In this document: one piece after another, positions 36,608 to 44,286 of the stretch
Layout: every line of letters begins with the position of its first letter
Numbering within the stretch: the first letter of the stretch is position 1
DNA from: Escherichia phage BEU35
Sequence record: OM632668.1
DNA length: 44,569 bases
Strand: one strand, 5' to 3'
The notes under the pieces: model-generated
Told to the model about the DNA's origin: nothing
What the model saw: the letters and a program-made list of their open reading frames with translations, nothing else
The model's database searches: none
Position numbers and translations under genes: made by a program

Positions 36608-36811
36608 ATGACCAGCATCTTATTTATCTGGGTACTATCCGCGGGCCAGATGCAACTAGCGGCATCAGAAACGTTTTATTCGATGGAGGCGTGCCAGTCA
36701 GCGGCGCGTGCCGCAGAGAACGCGCACTTCCTGTTTCAGGGCGACAAGCCCATCGATTCAGAGGTACGCGCTATCTGCTCACCTAAGCGACTTGGTAAAC
36801 AGGAGAAGTGA
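36608..36811 (+). CDS. small secreted/membrane-anchored protein
   Basis: GGAGG RBS; N-terminal hydrophobic signal-like segment. Confidence 0.4.
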   Translation: MTSILFIWVLSAGQMQLAASETFYSMEACQSAARAAENAHFLFQGDKPIDSEVRAICSPKRLGKQEK

Positions 36812-36996
36812 TTATGGTGCGGAGATATACCTACGACCAGATATTCGGGTTTACTCCTGATGTTGAGGGCGTGTTAGTGCTTTACGAAGATTACGCGAAA
36901 CTTGAAGCTGAGTTACAGAAATACAAAGACCAGTACCCTGATTATGTCGAGTGCGCGAACTGTGGGTCGGTTACACATGTGGAGGGAGTGGAGTGA
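36808..36996 (+). CDS. hypothetical protein
   Basis: Overlap coupling. Confidence 0.4.
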   Translation: MIMVRRYTYDQIFGFTPDVEGVLVLYEDYAKLEAELQKYKDQYPDYVECANCGSVTHVEGVE

Positions 36997-37289
36997 TGTC
37001 GTTAGCAACTGACATCCTGAAACGAAGCGGCCTTGCGCCGCTGTCACCGAGAGCGAAGACACGTATACACAAGCGTCGCCGTAACGTGCTGTACCCAGAG
37101 ATTCAGGACAGACGTAAAGCTATCCGCGCCTGTGGATTCCAGAACGGGAAGGCTGTGAATCTCGGTGAGTTTAAAACGCAGGAGCGCGCTGCAATCGCTA
37201 ATCGGTTATTTAATTACTGGAAATCGCTGGGATACGATGATATTCCGACGAAACCACAGAGACGACAATACATCTGGCGTCATAAATAA
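36996..37289 (+). CDS. putative AP2-like DNA-binding protein
   Basis: NGKAVNLGEFKTQERAAIANRL resembles AP2 core; GGAGGG RBS. Confidence 0.3.
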   Translation: MSLATDILKRSGLAPLSPRAKTRIHKRRRNVLYPEIQDRRKAIRACGFQNGKAVNLGEFKTQERAAIANRLFNYWKSLGYDDIPTKPQRRQYIWRHK

Positions 37290-37364
37290 ACCGTTATTAA
37301 GATAATTCCTAACCGTGCTATCCTCCAGTTACTGCATACTTAATACGCACCTGGAGGATTCATC

Positions 37365-37673
37365 TTGGATAAATTTACTGAAACAGTGACAGGCTGGCTT
37401 CTCGCTGCCGCGCTAGCCGGAGGGGTAATCGGACTACGACAACATAAGTCTGTTATTTCTGGCCCCATCGACGGATTCTGCTTTATCGCAACCGGCTTCA
37501 CTTGCGCTGTATTCGGCGCGCCTCTTGCCGCTCAATGGTTCGGTATTACCGGAGAGCGCGAGATAGCTGGCCTCGGATTCATCATCGCAATTCTCTGGAT
37601 GCCCATCTATTCCCGTCTCTCCGGTATCGTCTCTGGAGAATACATCGCTCGTCGAGGAGGCACAGATGAATGA
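37365..37673 (+). CDS. holin (TTG start)
   Basis: Hydrophobic TM segments, charged C-terminus, GGAGGA RBS, first gene of lysis cassette. Confidence 0.55.
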   Translation: MDKFTETVTGWLLAAALAGGVIGLRQHKSVISGPIDGFCFIATGFTCAVFGAPLAAQWFGITGEREIAGLGFIIAILWMPIYSRLSGIVSGEYIARRGGTDE

Positions 37674-37938
37674 GTTATTCTGGTTCGGTGGTATGCTGGC
37701 AATCGGGGGCACATCGCTGTTTAATGTGTATCATCCCAGCGTGGACGACGGATTATTTGGCCGGGTGCTCTATATCCTGACTGCCATCGTCTGTGCTGCC
37801 GGATGTATCCACCTGTTACAGGGCAGCATGTCACCAACGCTGCCTGAGACGTTAATCACATTAGTTGCGCTGCGTCAGATTCGCCAGGTGTGGCTGTCAT
37901 ACGGAGGACATAAGCGTGTCTCGAAATATTTCAGATAA
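37666..37938 (+). CDS. second small membrane protein of lysis cassette (holin/antiholin-like)
   Basis: Two predicted TM helices; overlaps holin stop. Confidence 0.45.
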   Translation: MNELFWFGGMLAIGGTSLFNVYHPSVDDGLFGRVLYILTAIVCAAGCIHLLQGSMSPTLPETLITLVALRQIRQVWLSYGGHKRVSKYFR

Positions 37939-38404
37939 TGGATTGCATTTTACCGCCGCGTTCGAGGGATTCCGAGGAACTGCGTATCGCGCTACACCGA
38001 ATGAGAAGTACCTGACTATTGGGTATGGAAGCTATGGCCCGCATGTTAAGGCGGGGCAGACCATCACTCCAGGACAAGGCCTCCTGTTACTTAATCGCGA
38101 TATGGCTAAAGCCGTAGCTGCGGTTGATGCGGCAGCGCACCATTCACTGACACAGGCACAGTTCGACGCTGTGTGTGACCTGGTCTACAACGCAGGCGCT
38201 GGCGTGATTGCCGCTACCACGGGCACAGGTAAGGCGCTGCGTTCTGGTGACATCGAGACGCTGCGGGCTAAGCTGACACTGTTCATCAACCAGAACGGCA
38301 GACCACTACTCGGCCTGCGTCGCCGTACAGCAGGTCGTCTGGCGCTGTTTGACGGTAAACCGTGGCAAGAGGCGGAGGCAATTGGGCGCGCGGTGAAAGG
38401 TTGA
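37916..38404 (+). CDS. endolysin, GH24 lysozyme-like (GTG start)
   Basis: FEGFRGTAYRATPNEKYLTIGYG catalytic Glu-Asp-Thr-type signature; GGAGGA RBS. Confidence 0.7.
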   Translation: MSRNISDNGLHFTAAFEGFRGTAYRATPNEKYLTIGYGSYGPHVKAGQTITPGQGLLLLNRDMAKAVAAVDAAAHHSLTQAQFDAVCDLVYNAGAGVIAATTGTGKALRSGDIETLRAKLTLFINQNGRPLLGLRRRTAGRLALFDGKPWQEAEAIGRAVKG

Positions 38405-38468
38405 CACCTAAGACTAATCCGACGATACTTAAATCACCTCCTGTTCCATCCCTCTGCTCTCCAGTTTT

Positions 38469-38501
38469 ATCCCGGCCCTGACCCAGCCGGGATTTTTTTT
38501 T
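38469..38501 (+). terminator. strong intrinsic terminator after lysis cassette
   Basis: ATCCCGGC-loop-GCCGGGAT followed by T9. Confidence 0.7.
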
Positions 38502-38523
38502 ATCTATTTTCGGTAATGACTAG

Positions 38524-38552
38524 TTGACTATTACCCTCGACCCTATTATATT
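38524..38552 (+). promoter_or_regulatory. sigma70-like promoter (TTGACT-N17-TATATT)
   Basis: Hexamers and spacing read from sequence. Confidence 0.45.
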
Positions 38553-38585
38553 TACTCCATCGACAACGAGAACGGAGTAGAGAAG

Positions 38586-38783
38586 ATGAGTAACGTACCG
38601 ACAATCGCAATAACCGAGGAACTTGAAGCCAAATGTATCGCATCAGTTATAGGGAATGGTTCGGTGGAAAAACTACAGATGAGGGCCGCTGCGGGCTACA
38701 TACGCAGGGCTAATAGCGCGCAGACTGATGTTTTACGTAAACGTTACCTCGTGAAAGCGTTAGAAATACTGGAGAATAACTAA
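38586..38783 (+). CDS. hypothetical protein
   Basis: GGAG RBS; first of a string of coupled small genes. Confidence 0.4.
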   Translation: MSNVPTIAITEELEAKCIASVIGNGSVEKLQMRAAAGYIRRANSAQTDVLRKRYLVKALEILENN

Positions 38784-38932
38784 TGAAAATCACAGATATC
38801 GAAGCATTCAAAGACGCGCAACTGATGGCACGTATCGCCGTTAGTAACCTTAGCAACAGCATCCCGGCAGACGCGTTCTGGTTCGCTGCGATGCAGACAC
38901 TTAAAGCAGCATATGCAGGAGAGAAGAAATGA
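38783..38932 (+). CDS. small hypothetical protein (49 aa)
   Basis: TAATG overlap upstream, ATGA overlap downstream. Confidence 0.35.
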   Translation: MKITDIEAFKDAQLMARIAVSNLSNSIPADAFWFAAMQTLKAAYAGEKK

Positions 38933-39126
38933 AAGTTAAAGCAGCTAAAATTCTCTGGTTACCCGCCCTTGACTATGTGACAGAGGGTAAAGTGTATGAC
39001 GTATACAACCCGAAAACTACTGGTTTTGGTTATATAGTTGCCGATGACGGCTGTGATATTTACATAGACTTTGGTAGCGATGAAGGTGATGGTTTCCACG
39101 GCGTTAAATGGGAGATTGTCGAATGA
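38929..39126 (+). CDS. hypothetical protein
   Basis: Overlap coupling. Confidence 0.4.
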   Translation: MKVKAAKILWLPALDYVTEGKVYDVYNPKTTGFGYIVADDGCDIYIDFGSDEGDGFHGVKWEIVE

Positions 39127-39281
39127 GCGAACAAACACCAATCAGCCAACCGTTACGAGTAGGCCGTAAAGTCAGTCACACCCCGTTCCCGACACGCGAG
39201 GAACTGATGAAACGTAACAGTTTCCCGGGGCCGGACAAGAACAAGTATCTCAATCGCATGTGGGGAGAGCGTAAAGAATGA
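39123..39281 (+). CDS. small hypothetical protein (52 aa)
   Basis: ATGA overlaps at both ends. Confidence 0.35.
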   Translation: MSEQTPISQPLRVGRKVSHTPFPTREELMKRNSFPGPDKNKYLNRMWGERKE

Positions 39282-39463
39282 CTGACCGCGAATATGAAAA
39301 GATGATGGTTGAGGCCGTTAACAGCGGCGTAGACATCGGACACGTGATGTGCGTCCTGAATACTAAAATCGCGGTAGCCGAGCAAATGGTCGAGTCGCTT
39401 TACGAGACGCGCCGTGAACTGATTAACCGCTTCAACCTGAACAAAGGTGACACCAATGCCTAA
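39278..39463 (+). CDS. hypothetical protein
   Basis: Overlap coupling. Confidence 0.4.
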   Translation: MTDREYEKMMVEAVNSGVDIGHVMCVLNTKIAVAEQMVESLYETRRELINRFNLNKGDTNA

Positions 39464-39743
39464 AATCACAATCGCATCTCTCGAGCGCCGTATTCTGGTG
39501 CTTGAGTCGGAGAAACAGACGTTAGGCGGGCAACTGTCGATTAACGGTGAGTTTCAGCTGGAGGCGTTCCGTATACTCCTCGGCGTTATGAAGCAGGAAC
39601 CCAGCGCATACGCGGGAGTGTTCCTTGACGAGGAAGGTTCGCAGACACTAAGTTACTACGCTACCGAAGAAGAATTAGCGTTCGACGGCCCCGCGGTATC
39701 TATCCCGCTGTTCGATAACTGGATGGTGTACGACTATGACTAA
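39456..39743 (+). CDS. hypothetical protein
   Basis: Overlap coupling. Confidence 0.4.
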   Translation: MPKITIASLERRILVLESEKQTLGGQLSINGEFQLEAFRILLGVMKQEPSAYAGVFLDEEGSQTLSYYATEEELAFDGPAVSIPLFDNWMVYDYD

Positions 39744-39921
39744 AGCGCCTGAACCAGTAGTTATCGATGGCGTCCTGTGGAAGCCATACTCGGTTTACCA
39801 CATCGACGCCGACGGGAAGAAGTTTAGCTTCTACATTTTTGCAATTAGCCGTGAGCACGCCGCTTGTGTGGTTGACGATATTCGAGAAACGGCGTGGCTT
39901 GGTGATGAGATAGCGGGGTGA
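39736..39921 (+). CDS. hypothetical protein
   Basis: Overlap coupling. Confidence 0.4.
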   Translation: MTKAPEPVVIDGVLWKPYSVYHIDADGKKFSFYIFAISREHAACVVDDIRETAWLGDEIAG

Positions 39922-39925
39922 GAGT

Positions 39926-40009
39926 ATGAGTCTCGAGGTGGTTATCGGTCTGGTGGGTCTTAGTTACTTCATTGGGCTGTTGGTTGGGTTTCTGTGGGGT
40001 AAATACTAA
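39926..40009 (+). CDS. very small hydrophobic peptide (27 aa)
   Basis: Translation MSLEVVIGLVGLSYFIGLLVGFLWGKY; stop overlaps next ATG. Confidence 0.25.
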   Translation: MSLEVVIGLVGLSYFIGLLVGFLWGKY

Positions 40010-40179
40010 TGTTCAGTGACATTAACGCGGCAATCGAAGAAGCAATCTGGCGTCGCTACAACGGCGAGCAACAACGGCATTTCTGCCTGGTGCAACGCGG
40101 TAACATGATTGCCGTAGTGCAGGACCGCGATAACAAATATCCGAATGCGATGTGGACAACGAGGAATTTTTTAGGATGA
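40009..40179 (+). CDS. small hypothetical protein (56 aa)
   Basis: TAATG and ATGA overlaps with neighbours. Confidence 0.3.
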   Translation: MFSDINAAIEEAIWRRYNGEQQRHFCLVQRGNMIAVVQDRDNKYPNAMWTTRNFLG

Positions 40180-40412
40180 TTACCAGCATTCCGAACCTGA
40201 TTAAAGAATTCGGCACGATGGCCGAGACATGCCGGCAAACCGGCATCAACGAAATGACGATTGCGAAGTACAGCAAAGACGTTGATTGCGAGCGCCACGT
40301 AATTTATAACAATCGTCTGATGACACATGTTAAGACAAGCCCGGTGTTATTCACGCGCCGAGGTATCACTAAAACTGAGCAACGCATTGCTAAAGGGGAG
40401 AGTGGGGAATGA
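40176..40412 (+). CDS. hypothetical protein
   Basis: Overlap coupling. Confidence 0.4.
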   Translation: MITSIPNLIKEFGTMAETCRQTGINEMTIAKYSKDVDCERHVIYNNRLMTHVKTSPVLFTRRGITKTEQRIAKGESGE

Positions 40413-40591
40413 TTGAGATTTTGAGGGCTACGAATGTTGCTGGTGACCTGGTGTTTTGGCTGGCCTTTCTCGGTGTGCTGATAAAACAACCGACTCTGTT
40501 TAACAGTCTCCCTCGTTACCTGTGGTGGCCTATGTTTTTAGGCATGGGTGTATCAGGCGTGGCAGGCATCCTTTTGTGGTTTTTCAAATGA
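40409..40591 (+). CDS. small membrane protein
   Basis: Two hydrophobic helices. Confidence 0.4.
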   Translation: MIEILRATNVAGDLVFWLAFLGVLIKQPTLFNSLPRYLWWPMFLGMGVSGVAGILLWFFK

Positions 40592-40693
40592 GACTACTAA
40601 TCATCCCTAACGCCTGGGCCATTCCCGTAGCCAACGACCATTACGGCGGCGACGGTAAAAGAGCGCAACGACACGGCCTATACAACTGATACA

Positions 40694-40718
40694 AGCCCTC
40701 TACGGAGGGCTTTTCTGT
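40694..40718 (+). terminator. intrinsic terminator before packaging genes
   Basis: GCCCTC-tacg-GAGGGC followed by TTTTCTGT. Confidence 0.55.
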
Positions 40719-40810
40719 ACATCCCGCCCAATCCCCTTATATAATCTATTTAGACGCGTAGGGCGCGTCTGGTGCGCTCTGATGGTCAGACGCATATGCA
40801 AGGGGATTCT

Positions 40811-41320
40811 ATGAAGCTGAAACTTAAGCAGCCATCGCCAGAGGTGGTGCAAGCTGCACATGAAGAAGCTGTTAGCGCAAACCGTCGCCGTAAACAACCG
40901 CGCGGTAAACAGAGCCTTTATCAATCATCCCGTAATTCCGCTGCGCTGTGGGACCCGGACTATTGCGACGAATTGATTCGTTTCTTTGACCGCACGTCGT
41001 GGGAGCTTGTGCCAACGTCTAAGGGTGATGAACGCCCACTGATTCAGGATAAGCCGCCGTCACTGGCCCGCTTCGCCTTACACATCGGCGTAACTATCCC
41101 GATAATTAAGCTGTGGCTGCGCGAGATTCCCGCATTTGCAGAAGCATACGAAACCGCCCAGGCTCTGGAAGAGGCATACTTCACTGAGACAGGGGCTGCG
41201 GGCATCTCGGCTACGTTTGCTGCCGCGAAACTGGGCCTGAATAAAACAGTTGTCGCCGAAGAAGTACGCGACGAGCCAATCAGCGAAGTAACAATTAAGG
41301 TGGTGTCCGGTGAACGTTAA
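40811..41320 (+). CDS. terS: terminase small subunit
   Basis: HTH-like PSLARFALHIGVTIPIIKLWLRE; AAGGGG RBS. Confidence 0.6.
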   Translation: MKLKLKQPSPEVVQAAHEEAVSANRRRKQPRGKQSLYQSSRNSAALWDPDYCDELIRFFDRTSWELVPTSKGDERPLIQDKPPSLARFALHIGVTIPIIKLWLREIPAFAEAYETAQALEEAYFTETGAAGISATFAAAKLGLNKTVVAEEVRDEPISEVTIKVVSGER

Positions 41321-41337
41321 TATCACGGCAACGTGAG

Positions 41338-42279
41338 GTGTGGGAATACTCAGAACCAAGTGCAGAGTTCGAAACAAAGTTCGGTGAACAATACCGCGTT
41401 CTCGATTTGATTGACGGGCGCTACCGCCAGCGAATCTATCGCTTCGATGCCGAAGGTGGCGCTCAGGATGATGTAATCGAAATATTCCCGGAACTTGGCG
41501 AACAGTTACGGGGCAAAATCCCGTTCACGTTCATTGGGGCAAGCAACAACGATGCGACCATTGATGATGCACCTTTGCTGCCGCTTGCTGAACTAAACAT
41601 AGGACATTTCCGCAACAGCGCAGACAATGAGGAGTCCAGTTTCGTTGTAGGTCAGCCAACTCTGTTCATCGCCCCGGGTGAGAACATGAGCATGGAACAG
41701 TGGAAAGAAGCCAACCCACACGGCGTGCGTATGGGGTCACGTTCTGGCCATAACATCGGTTACGGCGGCAATGCGTTTCTGGTCCAGGCCGGTGAGAACA
41801 ACCTAGCCAAGCAGAACATGCTGGATAAAGAGAATCAGGCCATCCAGATTGGTGCGCAGCTTATCACCCCTACCCAGCAAATCACCGCTGAATCAGCCCG
41901 CCTGCAACGTGGTGCCGACACGTCCGTTATGGCGACAATTGCACGTAACGTAAGCATGGCGTATACCGATGCGCTAAAGTGGGTTGCGGGTATGCTTGGG
42001 CTTAGTGACGGCACTGAAATTGAGTTCAAACTGAACATGGAGTTCTTCCTGCAACCAATGACCGCCCAGGACCGCGCTCAGTGGATGGCGGATATTAACG
42101 CGGGCCTGTTACCGGCTACCGCTTACTATGCCGCGTTGCGTAAGGCGGGGGTAACTGACTGGACAGACGAGGACATTCAGAACGCTATCGAGGATGCGCC
42201 GCTGCCGTTAGGTGCTGTTACTCAGGTGGCGGGGGAGATTCCGCAGTCGGCGCAGCAACAGGACACCACTCAGCCGTAA
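41338..42279 (+). CDS. portal-like protein, C-terminal segment (GTG start in ORF track)
   Basis: Recalled resemblance to P22 gp1-type portal core (TLFIAPGENMSMEQW vs PFFWPEQIAGFEHMY); immediately upstream of Mu-F-type gene. Confidence 0.45.
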   Translation: MWEYSEPSAEFETKFGEQYRVLDLIDGRYRQRIYRFDAEGGAQDDVIEIFPELGEQLRGKIPFTFIGASNNDATIDDAPLLPLAELNIGHFRNSADNEESSFVVGQPTLFIAPGENMSMEQWKEANPHGVRMGSRSGHNIGYGGNAFLVQAGENNLAKQNMLDKENQAIQIGAQLITPTQQITAESARLQRGADTSVMATIARNVSMAYTDALKWVAGMLGLSDGTEIEFKLNMEFFLQPMTAQDRAQWMADINAGLLPATAYYAALRKAGVTDWTDEDIQNAIEDAPLPLGAVTQVAGEIPQSAQQQDTTQP

Positions 42280-42289
42280 GTTCACATAT

Positions 42290-42310
42290 AGCCCCGAAAG
42301 GGGCTTTCTT
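42290..42310 (+). terminator. terminator-like hairpin between portal-like ORF and head morphogenesis gene
   Basis: AGCCCC-gaaa-GGGGCT followed by TTCTT. Confidence 0.4.
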
Positions 42311-42315
42311 ATAGT

Positions 42316-44286
42316 ATGCTATTAACTTTAGTACCACAGGGTTTAACTATGAGCTTACTTACATCCCTCATCAGCCATCAGATATGGCTGCAACGCACCG
42401 CATCCGGTGAGGTGAAAGACCTCACACCGTTCATTCAGGAGATGCGGGATGAAATTAAACGGCAGGTGCTGTTATTCGGTGACGACGGTCGTAGCACTGC
42501 GCGACTGAATAAATTGTTACGCGACCTTGAGGAAGCACTAACCGGACTTACGGGCGACTGGCAGACAAAGCTGACAGAAGACCTTAAGGAACTGGCGGCG
42601 TATGAGGCCGAGTGGAACGTAAAGACTCTGACCGCCAACGTTAACGCGGAATTTGTTACCCCTACCGCGGAACAGGTGTGGGCCGCTGCCGAGTTTCAGC
42701 CATTATCGTTGAGTGACAAGCCCGTTGATTTCACTAAGCTGATGGACGGCTGGGGTGAAACAGAAGTCGCGCGCCTGGTAACCGGCGTTAAGATGGGCTT
42801 TGTACAAGGCCAAACCACACGGCAGATTGTTAAGAACGTCGTAGGCGCTGGCGGACTGGCGGACATCTCTGAGCGTAACGCGGCCACCGTAATCCGTACT
42901 GCACTGTCTCACGTATCCAACGAAGCACGTAACGAGACGTACCGCCAGAACGACGACATCATCGAGAAATATGAGTGGGTGTCTACGCTGGACAGCCGTA
43001 CCAGTACAACGTGTTTCACGGCTGAAACAGAATTAGCGCCCATCGCGGGGATGGACGCGGTAATGCGCGGACTCTATTCAGGAAAAATCTTTACCATCGA
43101 ACTTTCCAACGGCGAGAAGTTCAGTGGCACCCCGAAACACCCTGTACTCACGCAATACGGATGGACTCCGCTTGATGAACTCGATCCAACTAAGCATGTC
43201 TTGTATACCACTGTTGACAAAGTGACTGTGCTCGAAACAGTGAAGAACATAAACATGCCAGCCAGAGCGGATTATATTTTTAATACGCTCGCTGATTTCC
43301 CCATCAGGAAAATGGTAAGCACGAGTCCCGCGGCAACAGATTTCTATGGCGATGGAGTGGGACTCAATGGCAAAATCGACATTGTACGGGCCGATTGCAA
43401 ACTGCGGAACTACGTCCACGCCAGCGGAATTAAACAATTCAAAAGCGAGGGTTTCAGTCTTATTCATAGCGCCGCTTTGCTGTCGGACGATAGCTCTGGC
43501 GATTTTCTCCTCCGGGGTGAATGTCCTGTGAGTGTGCCCGCGCTTAGCGAGGCCAAGTGTTTTGACCATAGAATAGAAAACTGTTTTGCTTACTTGGGTC
43601 CTTCTTATGCACTCAATAGGCGGGACGCCGGACTCGAACAATTCTATAGCCCTTTTTTGATTCAAAATGGTGTCGTTAGAAACCCAACCACGGGGTCGAT
43701 CATGCATGAGTCCGAGCTTCTTGAGAAATGTTGTTACCGTGGTGGTAGTGACGCCGTAATTCTTGGCTATGATGCTGGCGGGAGTGCCATCTCGGTACAA
43801 AGAGCAAATATCATCCGCATAAGCGTCGAGTTTAGAACGTGCCATGTTTATACCCTCTCTAGTAGTCAAGGATATTATACAGCAGGTAGTGCGATAGTCA
43901 AGAATTGCAGGGCCAGAGACGGAATGACGTGGGAAATCGGTAAAGGTCCGATGCCACCAGCCCATCCTAATTGCCGAAGTACCACTGCACCGGTAATCAG
44001 TTCAGAGTTCGACTTCCTTGATAAAGGCGCAAAACGTGCGGCTAAGGGTGCGGACGGCGGTACTCAGGTAAGCGCAGACACCACTTACTACGAGTTCCTT
44101 AAACAACAACCGGCGTGGTTTCAGGACCAGGCCCTCGGCCCGGTGCGAGGTAAGATTTTCCGTAACAGCGGTATATCGCCGGAAGAGTTTCGCGTAATAT
44201 CTGTAGATGGTTTCGGGAATCCGCTCACGCTTAAGCAGATGGCGGAACTCGATAAACGTGTTGCTGATTATCTGAAAGGGGAATAA
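42316..44286 (+). CDS. Mu F / SPP1 gp7-type head morphogenesis protein precursor with in-frame intein (alternative start ATG 42349)
   Basis: Extein DSRTSTT...CRARDGMTWEIGKGPMPPAHPNCRS matches Mu-F-type conserved core; interrupted by 298 codons with intein blocks. Confidence 0.7.
   Translation: MLLTLVPQGLTMSLLTSLISHQIWLQRTASGEVKDLTPFIQEMRDEIKRQVLLFGDDGRSTARLNKLLRDLEEALTGLTGDWQTKLTEDLKELAAYEAEWNVKTLTANVNAEFVTPTAEQVWAAAEFQPLSLSDKPVDFTKLMDGWGETEVARLVTGVKMGFVQGQTTRQIVKNVVGAGGLADISERNAATVIRTALSHVSNEARNETYRQNDDIIEKYEWVSTLDSRTSTTCFTAETELAPIAGMDAVMRGLYSGKIFTIELSNGEKFSGTPKHPVLTQYGWTPLDELDPTKHVLYTTVDKVTVLETVKNINMPARADYIFNTLADFPIRKMVSTSPAATDFYGDGVGLNGKIDIVRADCKLRNYVHASGIKQFKSEGFSLIHSAALLSDDSSGDFLLRGECPVSVPALSEAKCFDHRIENCFAYLGPSYALNRRDAGLEQFYSPFLIQNGVVRNPTTGSIMHESELLEKCCYRGGSDAVILGYDAGGSAISVQRANIIRISVEFRTCHVYTLSSSQGYYTAGSAIVKNCRARDGMTWEIGKGPMPPAHPNCRSTTAPVISSEFDFLDKGAKRAAKGADGGTQVSADTTYYEFLKQQPAWFQDQALGPVRGKIFRNSGISPEEFRVISVDGFGNPLTLKQMAELDKRVADYLKGE
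43012..43905 (+). other. intein (298 codons, Cys1 to Asn298, +1 Cys) within the head morphogenesis gene
   Basis: Starts CFTAETEL; block B-like TPKHPVLTQYGWTPLDEL; ends VYTLSSSQGYYTAGSAIVKN followed by Cys. Confidence 0.65.
43078..43845 (-). CDS. opposite-strand ORF nested in the intein: tandem HTH plus Vsr/DUF559-like nuclease-like region; candidate homing endonuclease (ORF track extends to 43965)
   Basis: AGAGAGG RBS before ATG 43845; HTH-like TPASIIAKNYGVTTTTVTTFLKKLGL and VPPIECIRRTQVSKTVFYSMVKTLGL; PYNVDFAIESHSIAIEI ... RSGWHVYVL. Confidence 0.45.
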   Translation of the reverse strand: MARSKLDAYADDICSLYRDGTPASIIAKNYGVTTTTVTTFLKKLGLMHDRPRGWVSNDTILNQKRAIELFESGVPPIECIRRTQVSKTVFYSMVKTLGLAKRGHTHRTFTPEEKIARAIVRQQSGAMNKTETLAFELFNSAGVDVVPQFAIGPYNVDFAIESHSIAIEICCRGTRAYHFPDGEISERIKNIIRSGWHVYVLHCFEHSHFVNSGIQDMLSWIEFIKRSPSVLREYRVFRGATELLAVGKFDGKDFS

